Source: an uncultured Oscillospiraceae bacterium (GTDB lineage Bacteria; Bacillota; Clostridia; Oscillospirales; Oscillospiraceae). From it: a stretch of 64,000 nucleotides of DNA. Every line of letters starts with the position of its first letter. The first letter of the stretch is position 1. Shown here piece by piece: positions 61,101 through 64,000 of the stretch. The stretch is from contig CANPWZ010000001.1 in the NCBI GenBank assembly GCA_947585425.1, positions 70,367 to 134,366 of the forward strand, read 5' to 3'. A program made the translations under genes and the position numbers. The notes below the pieces were generated by a model. The model had not been told where the DNA came from. It ran no database searches and worked only from the letters and a program-made list of their open reading frames with translations.

Positions 61101-61796
61101 ATGTCCAATGTTCCTGAGAACGCCGCCGCCCCCCGTGTTGACAGCGCCCAGCGCGTCCGCACCGTGGTCACCCTGGGTATGCTGGTGGCCATTGCCTACG
61201 CAGTGATGTGGGTCTGCAAGCCCATCCCCAAGGTGATGGGCATCCTCCAGTTCGATTTGAAGGACTGCGTCATCGTCATCGGCGGGCTGCTGTTCGGCCC
61301 GGTGGCCGCCGCCGTGTCCTCCCTGGTGGTGGCCCTCATCGAGATGGTCACCGCCAGCGGCACCGGCCCCATCGGGATGTTGATGAACTTCCTGTCCACC
61401 GCCAGCTTCTGCGTCACCGCGTCCATCATCTACAAGCGCCGCCGCACCCAGATGGGGGCGGTCATCGGCCTGGCCTCCGGCGTGGTGGTGATGGTGGCGG
61501 TCATGCTGCTGTGGAACTGGCTCATCACTCCCATCTATCAGGAGGTGCCCCGGGAGGTGGTGGTCTCCATGCTGCCCACCGTGTTTCTGCCCTTCAACCT
61601 GGTCAAGGGCGGGCTGAACATGGCCGCCGCCCTGCTGCTGTACAAGCCGGTGGTGAGCGCCCTCCGGGCCGCTCATCTGGCCCCTCCCTCCGCCAGCGGC
61701 AAGACGGGGAAGATCAACGCGGGATTCGTCCTGTTCGCTCTGCTCCTGTTGGCCACCTTTGTGGTGCTCATGCTGGTGCTGACCGGCCTCATCTGA
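61101..61796 (+). CDS. ribU: ECF-transporter S component for riboflavin (RibU)
   Basis: Downstream of the FMN riboswitch. About 231 aa with 5-6 TM segments, typical of ECF S components (DLKDCVIVIGGLLFGP...). Confidence 0.85.
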   Translation: MSNVPENAAAPRVDSAQRVRTVVTLGMLVAIAYAVMWVCKPIPKVMGILQFDLKDCVIVIGGLLFGPVAAAVSSLVVALIEMVTASGTGPIGMLMNFLSTASFCVTASIIYKRRRTQMGAVIGLASGVVVMVAVMLLWNWLITPIYQEVPREVVVSMLPTVFLPFNLVKGGLNMAAALLLYKPVVSALRAAHLAPPSASGKTGKINAGFVLFALLLLATFVVLMLVLTGLI

Positions 61797-61803
61797 CAAC
61801 ATG

Positions 61804-61840
61804 AAAACCGCCCCGCCGGTCCTCCCGGCGGGGCGGTTTT
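61804..61840. terminator. Bidirectional terminator AAAACCGCCCCGCCGG-N5-CCGGCGGGGCGGTTTT
   Basis: 16-nt arms between the convergent ribU and the GNAT gene. Confidence 0.88.
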
Positions 61841-61863
61841 GCGTCCGTGGGGCGGGGGAGGGC

Positions 61864-62418
61864 TCACAGGGCCCGCACATACCGCAGATCGACGCACACG
61901 GTGTCGTGGGGGAATGTGATCTCGGCGAAGGTACCGTCCCAGGCGAAGCCGTGGCGGGCGTAGAACCGCCGGGCCCCCTCGTTCTCCCGGAGGACGAACA
62001 CGAAGCAGTTGGAAAACCCGTCCGCTTTCAGCCGTCCCAGCGCCTCCTCCATGAGGATGGAGCCGTAACCCTTGCCCTGCTCCCCCGGCAGGGTGTAGAA
62101 GGTGGCAAGCTCCCCCCAGTCCTCGTACCCCTCGTTGGGGAATTGACACTCGGCGGAGTTGAAGTTGTCCTTCCGGGCCCGGCAGTAGTTGAGGCAGGCC
62201 ACCGGCGCGTCCCCCCGGTATAGCAGGAGCCCCTTGATGCCGTTCCTGCTCTCGTAGTTGGAGCGGAAGGCCTCCAGCCAGTGGCCGTCATCGATGGCGT
62301 CCAGAAAGTCGTCCGGCACCGCGCCCCGGTAGCTGATTTTCCACGCCCGGGCGTGGATCATGGACATGGCCCGGAAGTGTTCCTCCGCGCGGGCGTCCAC
62401 GATGTGCAGTTCCTCCAC
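61864..62418 (-). CDS. GNAT-family N-acetyltransferase
   Basis: Acetyl-CoA motif GEQGKGYGSILMEEAL and RFYARHGF. Start reassigned to the GTG at 62418, 8 nt from SD AGGAG; the ORF-track TTG at 62436 lies inside the terminator U-tract. Confidence 0.8.
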   Translation of the reverse strand: MEELHIVDARAEEHFRAMSMIHARAWKISYRGAVPDDFLDAIDDGHWLEAFRSNYESRNGIKGLLLYRGDAPVACLNYCRARKDNFNSAECQFPNEGYEDWGELATFYTLPGEQGKGYGSILMEEALGRLKADGFSNCFVFVLRENEGARRFYARHGFAWDGTFAEITFPHDTVCVDLRYVRAL

Positions 62419-62434
62419 AGGATCATCTCCTAAC

Positions 62435-62460
62435 AAAAGACCCGCCCGGTCGGGCGGGTC
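62435..62460 (-). terminator. Intrinsic terminator GACCCGCCCG-AC-CGGGCGGGTC followed by TTTTGTT, 3 nt upstream of the GNAT SD
   Basis: Read on the minus strand: stem of 9-10 bp, then a U-tract running straight into AGGAG. Confidence 0.8.
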
Positions 62461-62462
62461 AA

Positions 62463-62685
62463 ACCGGCAGGCGTCCCCGTTCCCGCCCTCGCCTCAGGTC
62501 AATGCGTGGTAGTACAGAATAAAGGCCGAAGCCCGATAACGATGCGCTCGTACCCGATCGGGGCTACATGATACAGAGGACTCGAACCCCGCGCGGCCCT
62601 GCGCGTTCCACCTATTCCGGCGGTTTATCCTCTTGCCGGAGCCGAGGCCGCATTACGCCCCCGAGGTTACCAACGATCTGCCGGT
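62463..62685 (-). ncRNA. Structured RNA of about 225 nt of unrecognised class (riboswitch-like attenuator or leader)
   Basis: 8-bp closing helix ACCGGCAG (62685-62678) / CTGCCGGT (62470-62463). Nested helices CCUCGG/CUGAGG and AAUGCG/CGCAUU. Inner junction AGAGGA/UCCUCU encloses hairpins CCGCC-GGAAUA-GGUGG and CGCGC-AGGGCC-GCGCG. Also a UUCG-capped hairpin and a T-loop-like GGUUCGAGUCC. Confidence 0.55.
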
Positions 62686-62687
62686 CC

Positions 62688-63137
62688 TTATAAATCGACG
62701 GTCCAGTTGGTCTGCTGGATGGTGTTGTCCAGCAGGCGGAGCTCCTTGGAGATCTGGTCGGCTTTCTTCTGGAGGGCTTGGACGTCCACGGCGCTCATGA
62801 TCTTGATCTCGCTGCGGGTGGCCCGCTGATAGGTGCGGCTGGCGGTCTGGGCCAGGTCCCGGAGGGTGCCCGCCTGCTGGGTCAGGGCGTCCCGCCTGGC
62901 GATGAGCTCGGTGAGGGTCCTGCCCTCCACCACCGTCCTGCAGTTGGTCAGGTTGATCCTGGCGGCGATGGCCTCCAGGGCGGCCAGGGCGCCCTCGTAG
63001 TCCTTCAGCAGGGCGGCGGGGTCCTCGGCGGTCTTTTCGCCCTCCTGCACCAGGGCGTTGTCCATCAGACGGCTCCTGAGCTGCTGGACCTTCCGATTCA
63101 GGTCGGCCCGCTCCTGCAATGCCTCTGCCAGTTTCAT
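62688..63137 (-). CDS. DIP1984-family (septicolysin-like) coiled-coil protein
   Basis: MKLAEALQERADLNRKVQQLRSRL N-terminus and about 149 aa of all-helical protein, typical of this family. Confidence 0.7.
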   Translation of the reverse strand: MKLAEALQERADLNRKVQQLRSRLMDNALVQEGEKTAEDPAALLKDYEGALAALEAIAARINLTNCRTVVEGRTLTELIARRDALTQQAGTLRDLAQTASRTYQRATRSEIKIMSAVDVQALQKKADQISKELRLLDNTIQQTNWTVDL

Positions 63138-63164
63138 GGTGATCTCTCCCTTATATGATGGTTT

Positions 63165-64000
63165 TTACGCGTGGATCAGCTCTTTTTCCTCCTCCGCGGC
63201 GGCCTGCTTGGCCAGCTGCCGGGCGTTGGCCAGCATCAGCTTGATGCGGTTCTCCTGGTTGATCTTCGTCGCGCCGGGGTCGTAGTCGATGGCCACGATG
63301 TTGGAGTTGGGGTAGTCGTCCTTCAGCCGGCGGATCATCCCCTTGCCCACGATGTGGTTGGGCAGGCAGCCGAAGGGCTGGGTACAGACGATGTTGGGCA
63401 CCCCGGAGTGGATGAGCTCCAGCATCTCGCCGGTGAGCAGCCACCCCTCGCCCATCTTGTTGCCGTCCCCCAGGTAGCCGTGGACCAGCTTGTGCATCTC
63501 CTCGAAGGTGCCGGGGGCCCGGAAGCGGCTCTTTTTCAGGGCGGCGATCATGTCCTTCTGGCAGTTCTCGATGAAGCCTTTGAGGATCTGGCACGCCTTC
63601 TTCTTCACCCACAGCCCGCCGTAGATGTCCACGTCCACGATGCGGTTATAGACCTTGAAGATGATGAAGTCGGTGAGGCCGGGCACCACCGGCTCCGCCC
63701 CCTCGGACAGGAGGAAGTCCTCCAGGTTGTTGTTGCCCAGGGGGGAGAACTTCACATAGATCTCGCCGACCACGCCGACGCGGACCTTCTCCTCGTCCTT
63801 CACGGGGATGGAGGCAAACTCCGCGATGATTTGGTCAAAGAGGGCCAGCATCTCCTTGCGGACCATGCCCCTGCCCTTCTGGAAGCCCTGGGTGATCTTC
63901 TCCTCCCAGTGTTCCACCATGGCGTCGGCGTCCCCGCGGTTGAGCTCATAGGGCCGCACCTGGTTGGCCACGTTGACGATCAGATCCCCGTACATCATGG
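63165..64000 (-). CDS. C-terminal part of a large acyl-CoA dehydratase activase-related protein, 5' end beyond the window
   Basis: VGEIYVKFSP, GWLLTGEM and TQPFGCLPNH motifs, characteristic of the C-terminal domain of BcrAD/BadFG-fusion 'CoA enzyme activase' proteins. The ORF is open at 64000. Confidence 0.7.
   Translation of the reverse strand, partial: MMYGDLIVNVANQVRPYELNRGDADAMVEHWEEKITQGFQKGRGMVRKEMLALFDQIIAEFASIPVKDEEKVRVGVVGEIYVKFSPLGNNNLEDFLLSEGAEPVVPGLTDFIIFKVYNRIVDVDIYGGLWVKKKACQILKGFIENCQKDMIAALKKSRFRAPGTFEEMHKLVHGYLGDGNKMGEGWLLTGEMLELIHSGVPNIVCTQPFGCLPNHIVGKGMIRRLKDDYPNSNIVAIDYDPGATKINQENRIKLMLANARQLAKQAAAEEEKELIHA

Noticed and set aside
62570-62600. GGTTCGAGTCC (minus strand), which resembles a tRNA T-loop. 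I considered a tRNA, tRNA-Sec or tmRNA 3' domain.
   Set aside because: The flanking bases do not form a T-stem. No acceptor stem, anticodon arm or CCA context could be built, and the motif sits in the middle of a larger fold. It was kept as part of the unclassified structured RNA.
62596-62625. GGAAUAGGUGGAACGCGC (minus strand), which is loosely similar to the T-box antiterminator sequence AAUUAGGGUGGUACCGCG.
   Set aside because: It lies about 150 nt upstream of the terminator rather than forming its 5' half. I found no stem I, specifier loop or AGAGA/GA motif, and the downstream gene is not an aminoacyl-tRNA-related gene.

Overview
Visibly GC-rich sequence (third codon positions mostly G/C) from a spore-forming Clostridia-type Firmicute. 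The sporulation and division genes (yqfC/yqfD, spoVD-like PBP, spoVE/ftsW) fit an Oscillospiraceae-like organism, and a bacterial-type chalcone isomerase suggests a Flavonifractor-like flavonoid degrader; this taxonomy is inference only. Most of the window is ordinary + strand housekeeping. It runs: 5'-truncated histidine kinase, DUF1385-prmC-recA-recX-rimO-pgsA, dGTPase-like/yigZ/dnaG/rpoD, yqfC-yqfD-phoH-ybeY-era-yqzL-recO-mutS2, ptsH, uvrC-rsmD-coaD, a reduced dcw cluster (mraZ to ftsZ), gluQ, guaB, and an FMN riboswitch with ribU. The main item is an accessory segment of about 15.5 kb (15.1-30.7 kb) between rpoD and yqfC. It holds an MBL hydrolase, a PucR-type regulator and a tightly packed nine-gene operon: Isf-like flavoprotein, fumarate-reductase-type FAD enzyme, NuoG::GltD-like NAD(P)H oxidoreductase, NuoF-type Fe-S/ferredoxin protein, acyl carrier protein, CocE/NonD serine hydrolase, Pta/Ptb phosphotransacylase and butyrate-kinase-family kinase. 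An MFS transporter with a long structured leader and a monocistronic chalcone isomerase behind a perfect consensus promoter follow. I know of no characterised pathway with this gene combination and propose it as a candidate undescribed polyphenol-linked reductive and ATP-yielding catabolic system. The second notable item is a highly structured RNA of about 225 nt (62463-62685, minus strand). It ends in an intrinsic terminator 3 nt before the SD of a GNAT gene and has a duplicated GGGCGGG antiterminator logic, so it looks like a riboswitch-like attenuator of unrecognised class. Lesser observations are a degenerate Mur-ligase-like ORF in the dcw cluster, phased TGGAG repeats (candidate MraZ operator), a Cheo/LexA-box palindrome far upstream of recA, and an acetyltransferase ORF that reads through a bidirectional terminator. 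No rRNA, tRNA, CRISPR array, transposase or integrase was seen. All homology calls are from motif recognition by eye and need database confirmation.
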